This document shows positions 1-18,823 of a DNA stretch of 64,000 nucleotides, in pieces. Numbering within the stretch: position 1 is the first letter of the stretch; every line of letters begins with the position of its first letter. The stretch lies in NCBI GenBank assembly GCA_030141605.1, contig JAQGDQ010000523.1:1-64000 (forward strand), given 5' to 3'. The notes beneath the pieces are model-generated. The model was given only the letters and a program-made list of their open reading frames with translations, was not told where the DNA came from and searched no databases. The stretch comes from Tubiluchus corallicola (lineage: Eukaryota; Animalia; Priapulida). The position numbers and the translations under genes are program-made.

Positions 1-402
1 CGTGGTCTATATGTGTTCCTATGTGGTGTCCATATAAAGTGTTCATATGTGGTCTACATGGTCTCGACAGTTCCTTTCGACAAAATTCACGAAATGTGCG
101 TTCATTCCATCACATTATAAGGATATTATGAGAGTGCAAAATTCTCATTACCTTGATGTTTGTATTAAAGTCAGGATTGGACTATCTTCGGTAGTTTAAG
201 TTGCAATAACGATTGCTGCCGTTTGTGAGCAAATAGCAGCTCCAGCTCAGCAATAAGAAGCTTTTGCAGAAAATTTAGTTTTGTTCACAAGAATGATATT
301 GTTGGTTTTCCCTGCAAGAGTGGCTGGGTGGCACACGGCAATAGAGTTTTGTTAAAGGAAATGACAAGTCACTTAACATGTTAGGTCTATTTTATTGTTA
401 TC

Positions 403-965
403 CATTAATCTTAACTATGGCCATATCACGTTGAAAACACCGGTTCTGATCTGATCACCGAAGTTAAGCAACGTAGAGCCTGGTTAGTACTTGGATGGGT
501 GACCGCCTAGGAATACCAGGTGCTGTAGGCTTGCGGGATGCCCACGCTGTATCTCGACACTAGGCGGAGGAGCTGCACAAGCAGCCAACGGCTAGATGGC
601 GGAGGAGGTCAAGTGACCCAACAGCCATGTGTAGAGGAGTAAACCTTTCAAATCAGGAGTGGAGCCCAGAAGGCGGACCAGTGCAGCATGCTCACTGACT
701 CCGGTAGCTCCTGCAGTCAACCTGGTGCCAAACGTATCGCTCCGCTTTCCTTTGGACTACACCAGGGAGGAAGAGAGGGGGTTCCTGTTGTCTGGACAAC
801 TCAGGATTTCCATACACTTTGCCCAGGCGTGCGCCCTGGAGAGGCTACTCCAGTGGTTCAAGGATCGGACTGCTCAGCCACCGTTGACGCTGCAGCTCCA
901 TCAATGTGATCAATAACTGACTCTCTTGGCGCACACTCCATTGTCTTCCGAGACAGAAGGATGCC

Positions 966-1008
<43 letters not shown>

Positions 1009-1017
1009 TTAATCTTA
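403..1017 (+). mobile_element. 5S rRNA-derived SINE (SINE3-type), full length, with (CAA)14 tail and 11-bp target-site duplication
   Basis: 5S head 413-532, GC-rich body 533-964 with no TTTT run, (caa)14 at 965-1006. The direct repeat cattaatctta flanks it at 403-413 and 1007-1017. Confidence 0.85.
413..532 (+). rRNA. 5S rRNA-derived sequence (head of a SINE, probably not a canonical 5S gene)
   Basis: 120 nt matching animal 5S rRNA (ggccatatcacgttgaaaacaccggttc...gatcaccgaagttaagcaacg...ggttagtacttggatgggtgaccgcctaggaataccaggtgctgtaggctt). Internal box A lies at about 462-476 and box C at about 492-509. The 5' end is altered (aactatggcc) and no oligo-T terminator follows. Confidence 0.85.
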
Positions 1018-1519
1018 GAAAAATATAACAAAGAAATTTGCAAAAAAAACTGTCTATAAAGCATAAACTTAACCTATACTACTGCTGAATAGAAGATTAA
1101 AGCTGATGGCCGCCATTCACTTGAAAATCAAGACGTAACTGGTGGACTGCCGGACCTTCCGTAAGCAAACGCAGTTTAATTAATTCAATTAATTCTGCAG
1201 CTTATCTAAACAGCGTTCAAATTTTTCCCGATCATTGAAATAAGCTTTATTTCCCGGAAGGCTTGGCGTTTCCTTTAAGTAAAAAACGAAAAAATAACAA
1301 ATAGGAAAATACTTTGGCCAAAAAACTTGATCAAATCTTCTGGGCTCTTAATCTAACGAATACTGTCCTATAAGCAGAAAAATAGAGCATTTCATTTGTG
1401 AATGTATGGAGAAAAAAAGAACAGCGAACCTAAAATGTTTCAACGTGTGTATCCTATAAATAGCTGTACTACATGTATTGTATATTTCATTTCCATTTTA
1501 TTATTTTATTATTTTCCAG

Positions 1520-9200
<7,681 letters not shown>

Positions 9201-12200
9201 AATGGGATCTATTGTTGTTCATTGTTATAAAGTGTAAAATTTTTAATAATAATCGGTCTGCACGCATTCCTGGCAATCATCTATTTTCGAGGTAAATGGA
9301 TGTTACGCAGGTTTTTTGTGAGCATCGTAATTTTCAAGTTTCAAATTTTCCTGACGAACTTACGACTTTTAACACGGCTTCAATGCATTTTTTAATGCAT
9401 TAGAGTTCTTTATAAGTAACTTGACAATACGCCTATAGGATGGATTTAGTGTACAAAGTCTACATACAACAAATTTAAATAAGGTAAATTGTATTCATCC
9501 TCGTACACAAAAATACTTTGGCTGCAAACATGCGTCTCCGGGCTTTGTTTTACAACACTTTGTACGCCACATTTTCTTTTTGAACTGATGTTATGTGAAC
9601 AACCTTGATTTACGGCTTTAATGTTTGTATCAGTAATTATGATGGTATAAAGTGTTCTTTAAGCGTTCCTATATAAAGTATGTAAAAATGTTTTGCTTGG
9701 TGGCATATTGATTTACATATATCGATTGTACATTGCTCTAAGATATATGAAACTTGAAACGTTAATGTGTTCTACGATAATAATTGTAATTAAAGTACTT
9801 TAGTTTTAAATTTTTGTTCATAAACTCTCATAAAAGCGAGTTTTTTCAAAGATCATAACAAATTGTCATAAATTAGTGCATAATTATGTAAAAAAAGATC
9901 AGGTCACTATTTTATAGAAAATATACATGTTGTCAGTGATCGTGCAATTTTTATTGTGTGTTGATTTTGTTTTTCTAATGTATAATGATAGTACTCAATT
10001 TTAGATAATATGAAAAGGAAATATTCATGGACATTTTTATAATTATGACAGTTTTTTATTGCATAGACCTTGATTTATTTTTATGATATGCGTAAAAGGT
10101 TCTCGACATTGATCGTAGGTCCGCCTAAGAATAAATTTTGCATCAAAATTATTATTGTAATTATTAAACAAGAAGCGTTTTTATTAAAAAATAATTTTTT
10201 GTTTAGTGATATTGTTCGATTCAACAGCAGCATATGATGGTCCCTGATAACTTTGATTTTCCGCATTTTATAATTTCAGACACGTTTACAGCATGAATAC
10301 ATGTCTTACAGTTTTACATGAAGAAAGTTTGTGGGCACCTTACCAATTGTTTCATGTCACGATTTTCTTAACATTTTTAAAATACTTGCAACTGAAAACA
10401 GTAATGATCTATTTATACGTAAGTAAGTAACCCGACGGTTAGAAAAAACTTTGTAGCGATCGTGATGATATGATAAGATGCAGTACGATATTATATCGTA
10501 TTGTTATCAGTTGTCATCTGTGTTATTTATTTGTGGCGTCTCAGTGTTCATGTATTCGTTAAGAATCGCTTATAGTAGCCTATGGCTAATAGTATGGCTA
10601 ATGTTATCTATTGCCCCAGCGACTATAAATGAGTGTCTTTTTCCTTTTGATATGATGTAATATTTGAAAAAGAAAAACATTGAAAAAGATATTGATTATT
10701 ATTACTAACAATAACCAAAAACAAGTCTTGTACGTGTACAGTAGGTAGTTGAAATTTCTTCGTTTTATTTAAATTATTCTTTTTTCAAACCAGTAAATAA
10801 AAAAAGACAAACCACAGCTAAAATTCCCTAATTTTCTCATAAAAAGATTTCTGCAAGAGGTATATAGCTGGACGTGGATGAAAAATAAAAATATTGCGAC
10901 CAAGTTCACCTGACATAACAAGTCAGAAAGTAGGCGCAGATCACCAAAACGACTCTGTTTTTATCTTTCCTCAAAACACTTCCGCAGACTAGTAGTGTCC
11001 TGGTGATCAGTATTATAGTTTCCAGACCAAAGCTTGAGACTTCAGACTTAGACCAGATCTTCTCATTTGTGAGAGCTAACATGATTACGCGATTGCAGTT
11101 TGGAATTCATATAAAGGGCACTGATGTGTATCAATCAGTACAGAAATACTGATTGACATGCAGGGTTTCAAGAACGCATTTAGCTTGGCACAATGGCAGA
11201 CACGCTTAAATTTGATGCTTTCTTCTGCTGGGCCAGACTAAATTAAGTTACACACTTGGGGAAACAACAGACTTTTCGATGGACTTACCAGGCTTAAACT
11301 CTGTCAAGGTAGTTTTGTTAGTAAGGAACAGGGCCAGTACAAAACCACTTGTGTCGTTTTTATCCTAATCTTATCTGTGCTAATTCTTTTAATAAATATT
11401 AGTCTTCTCCGCCATCATGTTAAGAATGTGAATCATGAATGCTTTTTGAAAGACACTTCTTGGCAAAAGTCTGATGATAAGTGTTTAGTTAGCACCAGAC
11501 AAACCGGCTTTTTAAAAGCAGGATACATGCATTGCTGGTATTACATCATTTAATTTTTTTACTTGTTTAAATTACTCATATGATTATAGGTGTAGTGTTT
11601 TGGAGCAGTGTAGAATCTACATAACTGTTCATTTATTCATTGGGCGTCCTGGAAAGAGCGCGAAGCTTAGAAAACAGAAAAAGAAGTTTGCTTGGGTTGA
11701 TGACATTCGTTCGTTTGTGCCGTTTGGGTGGATTTCTGATGCAGCAGATACTCTAAGTAAAATCAAAAGCAAAATGTATTGTTGTTGTAAGTTTATTTTA
11801 GATATTTGTACATTTTGTTGGATTTTGAATGCAACTGAGAAGATGAAAGTGAAATATTTTGTTGCGGTGAATTTTTATTTGTAATTTTGTGTACTAGTGA
11901 ACGTATACTATAAGCTATTTGTTAGGTTACAAACGTCTTTGCAAGACGTTTGACGTTTGTTTCCGATTTGTTGCCATTTTGCACTGGTTGTGAATTTTCC
12001 CGTTTTTCTAATCAGAAAAGCACATCTAATTTTGATGAGTACACCACTTTTTTTCGCATTTATAATTGACTTAAAAGTGTATTTTCTTAAAATAAAACAG
12101 TTCTAAATAATTAATTAAAATAGATATAAACATGTAACGGTAGCCTTACCACTACCACCGCTCACATTGCCACTCTCGTCACCAGATCATTCACATTTTT

Positions 12201-13308
12201 ATACGATTAACATTAGTGCACCTTGACTACACTGCCGTGGCGAGTTTTTAATAAACTATAAAACTTTGTTGTTTAATTATTTTTTTTATAATTTAATTTT
12301 TTTGATTTGACTATAATTTTTATTGTGAGTACTAATTTCCAACATGAATTTGTATTCATATGTAGTTGTGCTAGATTGATGAACTAGGGACAGTCTTTCC
12401 ATTTCATGGTTGAATAAATTTCTTACGTCCATGATTTCAACAAATTCTGTTTGTTGATGGCATGAAAAGTGCTTGTTAAGAAATCATGTCAGCCAGATTG
12501 TATGATGCTTGGCAATAACAAGCGTTACATTTACGTTAACTATGGCCTGAAACCACAAGTTTCTGGATTCTGACTGAGGCACTTTTTTCAAAAACTTCCT
12601 TTTCCTAAAATATCCGAAAATAAAATATTCCTAATATTTCCTAACTATTGTCAATTGATTTTACTTTTACACAAATTCAAAATTTCTGCTTATATATTTA
12701 TCAGTAGACAAAATAGTTCATTTTCTTTTTGATATAATTGGCCCAAGTAATCTGCACTTTATAGAAGGCTTACGATTGTATCAACAATCGGACTGTTAGA
12801 GTGTTTCTTTATGAAACACATTGTGAAGGTTGTAGGGGATATCAGACAGTTACTACGGTAACAGGCCTGTGTGGGCAAGCTCTGGACAGTTAGTATCTGC
12901 ATAATAAAAGCAACTGTACAATATGTGAAGCTGGTCAACAATCAGCATTTAGCAGGCAAATAAATTTGAGGCACACGTAAAATGTCACAGTCATTCTGCA
13001 TCTGGAAACTAACATATGTTTTCTAAACCTAATCCAATTTTGCGACCGTAATATATGATTTCTTGCAAATTCGTTCGGTGGCAATGATGTCTTTAAAATG
13101 GCTCAAACAATAATTATTTAAAATTTTGCAGCTTTCGGAAGCACCAAGCAAGTTTTTGACATTAATAATTTTGCTCTTAGTTGTTTTGCTTGTAGTGATT
13201 TTGATTAGACATTTTATGGATTTCGAACTTGTTCTGCCAAATGAAGTACCTTTTTTACTTTTTACTTTAAGTCTAAAATTTAAAGACCTACATTCAGCGA
13301 TACAGACT

Positions 13309-16300
13309 ATGTCAAACAAGGTGAAATCTGGTTATCTTCGAAGATATCAAAGTAAGTAGCTCCACGTTATGGTGTATTTACAATTAACACATTTCTAAAG
13401 TGAAAGGTCCCACAATGACTTTGTATTGTACACAGTTGATACGACTACATTTCTTATCTATAAACTAACAATTTAACACATAAACTTTTATTATCGTAGT
13501 GCATAGACAGATTAAATTATTCAAACTAAACTGTTATTGTAAGATGGCTAAGTTGGTAAGATGGATATAAAAGACAGTTAAAATTAAAGTAATCGTGATT
13601 TTAATTAATGTTTCTTAGTTGTTTGCAAAATCTCATGAGAAAAATTCGAGTAGAATATAATTTGATGTAATGTGTCGTAAAGAGTTTTACATTGCCTAAA
13701 ATTTTGACAACAAACAGTGTTCCTCTAAGGCAGATGCTGCATATTACCTTAGCTTAGCTATTTGATAAACTGCAATGAAACTGGCATACTTTACTAATGC
13801 TTCCCCTTATCCTTATACATATAAAAGTGATACAAATTCATAGACATAGACATTTTATTTTTCTCCAATTTGTGTCACAAATTTCCATTTTACAAAAAAA
13901 TAACTTTGTCTGTGGAGATGGGGCGAGGAAAGACCGTAGGTCATCTACTCACTCACCCCTTATAATTTGATATTGATGACAGAAAAAAGAATTGATGACA
14001 CAGGATGCAAATAAACTAATCAAAATAAAGCAATAACAAAAGCAAAATTATAAAAACAAACATAACAACAATAGGATAAGTGAAAAAAAAGAATAATAAT
14101 AAATGAAGATGATGAATAAGTATCACAATAATTAGTTACGAATTAAATAAAATGATAATAATGTACAGTTGTTTACAAAATTCTCGGCAACAAAAAATAA
14201 TGTGAACATGATTATATAAGAGAAACAAAGAATTCAGAGTTATAATATCTCCCTGATTCATTCTGTTTTGATTCTCTTTGTTATTTGCAAATTTATTTAT
14301 TACAGAACGAATATTTGGGAAGAACTGGAGAAGAGAATTTGTTATTTTATTTTCGGACAGTACCTTAGCTTGGTATGAAGACCAAGGAAAATCAAAGTGT
14401 GATGGAAGCGTTTTCCTGAAGGTAAAATATTTGGTTTGCTTAAGTAGGAAGCCTGTCGGTTTAAGATTTGTTGGGTTACACAAGTTTTTATCTTTTATTG
14501 TCACTCTTATCTAGTTTCCATTTTAGGAGATTGAACTAAAGAAATTCATAAGTATTCCTCACTGTGTTACTGAACTTAAAGAAACATCTGCTTTTTGCGT
14601 TACAAAATTTGTAAGTAAACTAATAGTAATGCCTAATTAGGCTGCAATCTTCCCCATTATTGTGGCAGTTTGAAAGATAGCTGGATTATGAATGTCAGTG
14701 ATACAACTAATGAAAGTATCTGTGATGTGGGATATTTTTCCTTCATGTTTAACAGGATGTTAAAGAACTGATAGCCGTCGGAGAGTATACAAGGCATGCC
14801 CCGGGACGTCCAGATTTGCCTACGGGTGCAAGTATGAAAGAACTCATTGCCGTTGGTTCTAAACAGAGTAAAAATAAAGTGCACTGGTTCCTTTGTACAG
14901 ACGAAAATGATGTTACGTAAGTTATCAACCCTTTGCAGAGCTTCTACTAACCTTTTATTGTAAAGCATTATGTTACACATATAAGCCACAGAAGCTTTCA
15001 AATCGTCTCGATCAACAGAGTCTCTAAAATAATTACAATTACTGCATTACAAATATTTCCATATAAAGAGTTTGGAAGTTTAGTTCAACACAGTGATTAA
15101 CCTCTTGTGATTCTGTTACCTCCAGTAAACATTCGTTGAGTTACAACCACATCCAATTCCGACAGTCTGGTTGTAAAGCAATTTGAACCAAAGTCAAACA
15201 CACGTGTTCACTAAATAGCTTAAAACAACATTAGCGTCATTCATAAAGCATTGTACCCTACATGTCAAATGATCTGTGTAAAAGTGTACTGGGTGTGGCG
15301 GCTCCTGACACGTTTCATAAAAATATAGGACAATCAAAATTTAATTTACTTCAAAAATAGAAAGTTGCAAGCATTATAAAAAAGTTTGCAATGTATCAGT
15401 AAAGTTGATCAGTTTTAATTTCCAATGGTTATAAGTTGACGATTATCTAAGTGTTGTGCTTGTGTATCTCATTGGTCTAGGAGTTGTAAGCCTGTCTATT
15501 ACTGTAATGATATTATTAGCAAAAATCTGTCTGCTTCTTGTGTAATTGCAATACGACCCACAATCCGAAGGTCCTGTGTTGCACAATAGTGCTTTTTTCT
15601 TGTTTTAACATGCGTCGTGATTTGTATGCGTTGTTATGTAATTCTTATTACATTAATTTTTATATGTGTAGGGCCTGGCTACAAGCAATTGTCAGCACGG
15701 TATGTACCATTAAAATTCACATATTTTTGCATTATCTCAAGACGCACAATCGTAAATCTTCTTGAAAGTGAGTTAGGGTTTTAAGAACTTCTGACTTCTT
15801 GAATAAAACAAATCTAATAGTATAGATAAGCAGAATAAGCAACAGGTTTAACTGAGAGTGAGATGATGAGTTATTTGAAGTAACAGCAGTAAAATCTAAA
15901 CAGAAAGTTACTTAAGTTAAAAATCTCAGTTAGTGAAGTTAAAGGAAGACAGGATGAGTTTTTATATACTACCCATTTTCAAGTAAAGTAAAAAGTATAC
16001 ATTTTTATGCCATTAATGCTGAAAAAGCATTTCTGATAATTAAATAATAGATTGAAATCTTAATTAATGGCGGGCGAGCTCAATTAGTGATGACATCACA
16101 AACTAATATGATTTTCAACAGCAAAGCGTGTTGCACGTGTTTGTGAAAGTGAAGATTGAAGTACAGTGCTACTGTAAGATATTCAGTGTATTGTACTAAA
16201 ACTAGGCAAGTTTTAAGATAAAAATTCAAATTTCAAATTTACTGCTTCACTCACGCATGAGTTGTCGAACATGTGCAGTATGTCACAAACTAACATGTCT

Positions 16301-18441
16301 GAACTGTGAAGTACAACACGTATTTTTGTTGTGCAGGCGCAAGTGCCCGTCTAACCTGCGAATGGCAAAAAACATGTAACAGCAAAAAATTAGTGACATG
16401 AATGCGAAATTGCATTTGTGTGGTAATAATTGTTTTACGTACCGTATATACTCGCATATAAGCCGAATTTAGAACTATAAAATACAATACTGAAATCAGG
16501 GGGTCGACTTATATGCGCATGAAACAAAATGAACACAAGGACAGACACTAATGCCAATTTTCCAGCCACACATTTTCATCGCTATCTGACTCTTTATTTG
16601 GTTGTGTGTCACCAGTGGTGTATTGGAGGGAGATCGTGGGGGATCGCCGTCCACCCACTTTTTTTTTAGAAAAAATTCACATTTCAATAAATGTCTGCTT
16701 TTTGTATTCATTAGATAAAAAATATTAAAAATGTATACAGGTTTAATATTAAATCTACTTGTTTTCCTTTTTTCAAAAAACGGTTTTAACTAATGTCAAT
16801 TTGTGACAAAAAGGGATCAATTTTGTTGATCGGGTATGGAGTAAAATTAGACAAGTTGATGGTCGGCTTATATACGGGTTTTTGCAAAAACTGGCCATTT
16901 TAAAGCAGTTTTAGGGGGTCGGCTTATATGCGAGTATATACGGTAAGTCATTCTTTAAAAAATAGTATGTTTTCTTTCAATGTTGTAAAGCATAGGTTGT
17001 TTTGACCTACAGTTTAACATTGGGTTTGGTTTTGCTTTAAGGTTGATAATCTCTGCTACATCCTGCTTTTAGGGGATGATATTTATTGACTTGTGTGCAG
17101 TGAGACTTTATTTCTATACAGCCAGTTTACTGCAGCGTTCCACAAAGGAAAATAAACGTCAAAGTAATGTAGTTTATGAGTTAGAGTTATTGTAACTGCA
17201 TGATTTTTGTAACACTAACTGATTTTCATTTTTCTCTAATGTAATTTTGTTAAATTTGCTGTTGCTCATGTTCATTTTGTTATATTTTAGCTTCCTCCAC
17301 CGCCTCAACCACCACCGCAGCAAGGGGGACAACCTCCTCCATACACGCCTAATGCTCCGCCGCCGCCAGGGTTTAATCCTGCATACTCCAGTGGAGGTTT
17401 GTCTTGTTAAATGCAATTAGTTAGTTAATGTGAATTTTTCTTGAAATAGCTAAGCTTTGCAGCTGATAAAAGATTAAGTGATGTTTTTTGTATCCACCTT
17501 TTCTGTAATTTACATTTAGAATTTCTTTTATGTTTTGTTAACTTGTTCTGAGAAGTAAATTACTGAACTCTGTGTGTACAGTGTACATGTAAATTTGTAA
17601 CATATATGGTACATCTTAAGTACTTTATATATTTATTTGTGTAGGTCCCCCAGGTGGATATCCTCCTGCTCCAGCTGCCGGTTACCCTCGGCAACAGTCA
17701 CCTTATCCACATCCACCACAGCAGCAAGGAGGTTATGTCCCACAGCAGCAGGGAGGTTATGTCCCACAGCAGCAAGGAGGGTATGGCTACCCACAGCAAC
17801 GTCAGCAGGCATCTCCGTACCGACAGCACGGTTATCAGCAACCTGGTGGTACCACAGTGGTCGTTCAGGGAGATCGAGGGGGCGGGTACGGAGGTGGTGG
17901 TGGCTGGGGCGGTGGTTTAGGTGGTTTTGGAACAGGCATGTTGCTAGGAGGTGCGCTAGGTTATGGCATGGGACATGGATGGGGTTGGGGCCACGGGTGG
18001 GGATGGGGAGGGCATCATCATGGTGGCTGGGGACATGGGGGTTATCAGGACAATGATGTTACAAACATTACAAACGTCACTAATAATTATGACAATGACA
18101 CTTACAATCAGTATGGTGATGCAGCAGGAACAGATGCTGCTGGTGTAGATAATGGAATGGGTGGAGACGTGATGGGCCAGGATGCTATGGGTGGAATGGA
18201 TTCTGGTGCAATGGGTGGGATGGATCCCGGCATGGGTGGGGACATGGGTATGGGTATGGGAGATGACATGGGGATGGTGGGAGGCGATATGGGAATGGGA
18301 TATGATGACATGGGAATGAGTGATATGGGCGGTGGCATGGATACCATGGATTACGGAATGGGTGATATGGATATGGGTGGAGGATTCGATGACTTTGGTG
18401 GAGGAGACTTCGATTTTGGTGGTGGCGATTTTGACTTTTAA
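13309..18441 (+). CDS. PLEKHB2: Evectin/PLEKHB-like PH-domain protein with Pro/Gln/Gly/Tyr-rich linker and Gly/Met/Asp-rich tail (about 416 aa)
   Basis: Exons 13309-13351, 14306-14421, 14756-14916, 15672-15699, 17291-17396 and 17645-18441 (1251 nt, phases consistent). The PH domain reads MSNKVKSGYLRRYQKRIFGKNWRREFVILFSDSTLAWYED...HWFLCTDENDVTAWLQAI. TVVVQ...GMLLGGALGYGMG matches the evectin C-terminal glycine-zipper segment. The symbol is family-level only. Confidence 0.8.
15990..17040 (+). repeat. Dispersed repeat, copy 1 (interrupted by a MITE); second copy inverted at about 30729-31273
   Basis: aaaaagtatacattt...tttctgataattaaataatagatt...aaaactaggcaagttttaagata... aligns to the reverse complement of 30729-31273. 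Confidence 0.85.
16442..16943. mobile_element. Tc1/mariner-superfamily MITE with TA TSD
   Basis: TIRs ccgtatatactcgcatataagccga and tcggcttatatgcgagtatatacgg, flanked by TA at 16440-16441 and 16944-16945. The paralogous repeat copy has a single TA (empty site) at 30823-30824. Confidence 0.9.
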
Positions 18442-18759
18442 ATGAAGTTTTATAGACCATCTGCCTATAATCATGTGGGTAGATAACAGTTTATGTATTG
18501 GGAGCTTTGAGATTTGTGTATTGCCAATAGACTGTGAGTTCCCGAATAGAGTTGTGCGATTATTGAGTAACAGACAGTTGGGAATGCTTCTTTGAAAATT
18601 TGTGTTTGTAATGGAATGATTCTGCATCTTATAATTAAGTTGTAATTGTTATTTCGTAAATTGTTAATTAATGAAACCTAATCCACCAAATCCACATCTA
18701 AGTTTTTTTAAACCAATTTCTGAACAAATCGAATGAAGTGTGAAAATAAATTGGACCTT

Positions 18760-18823
18760 GCCTAGCCTAGATTTGAAACTGGGACTTTTTGATTACAAGT
18801 CAATGTCACAACCGCTAGACTAG
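18760..18823 (-). pseudogene. Degenerate tRNA-like (Thr-TGT-like) or tRNA-SINE head fragment
   Basis: The minus strand reads tagtctagcggtt...gacttgtaatc...gtttcaaatc, giving A-box-, anticodon-arm- and B-box-like motifs. The acceptor stem is not intact. Confidence 0.35.

Noticed and set aside
413-532. Functional stand-alone 5S rRNA gene
   Set aside because: It has no oligo-T terminator, an altered 5' stem, and sits in a TSD-flanked unit with a (CAA)n tail, so it is better explained as a SINE head.
659-1064. Short ORFs, including a poly-Val ORF
   Set aside because: They lie in the SINE body and the antisense of the (CAA)n tail, with no coding signature.
17956-18627. His/Thr/Ile-rich minus-strand ORF of 223 aa and alternative-frame ORFs
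   Set aside because: Shadows of the Gly/Met/Asp low-complexity exon of the PH gene.
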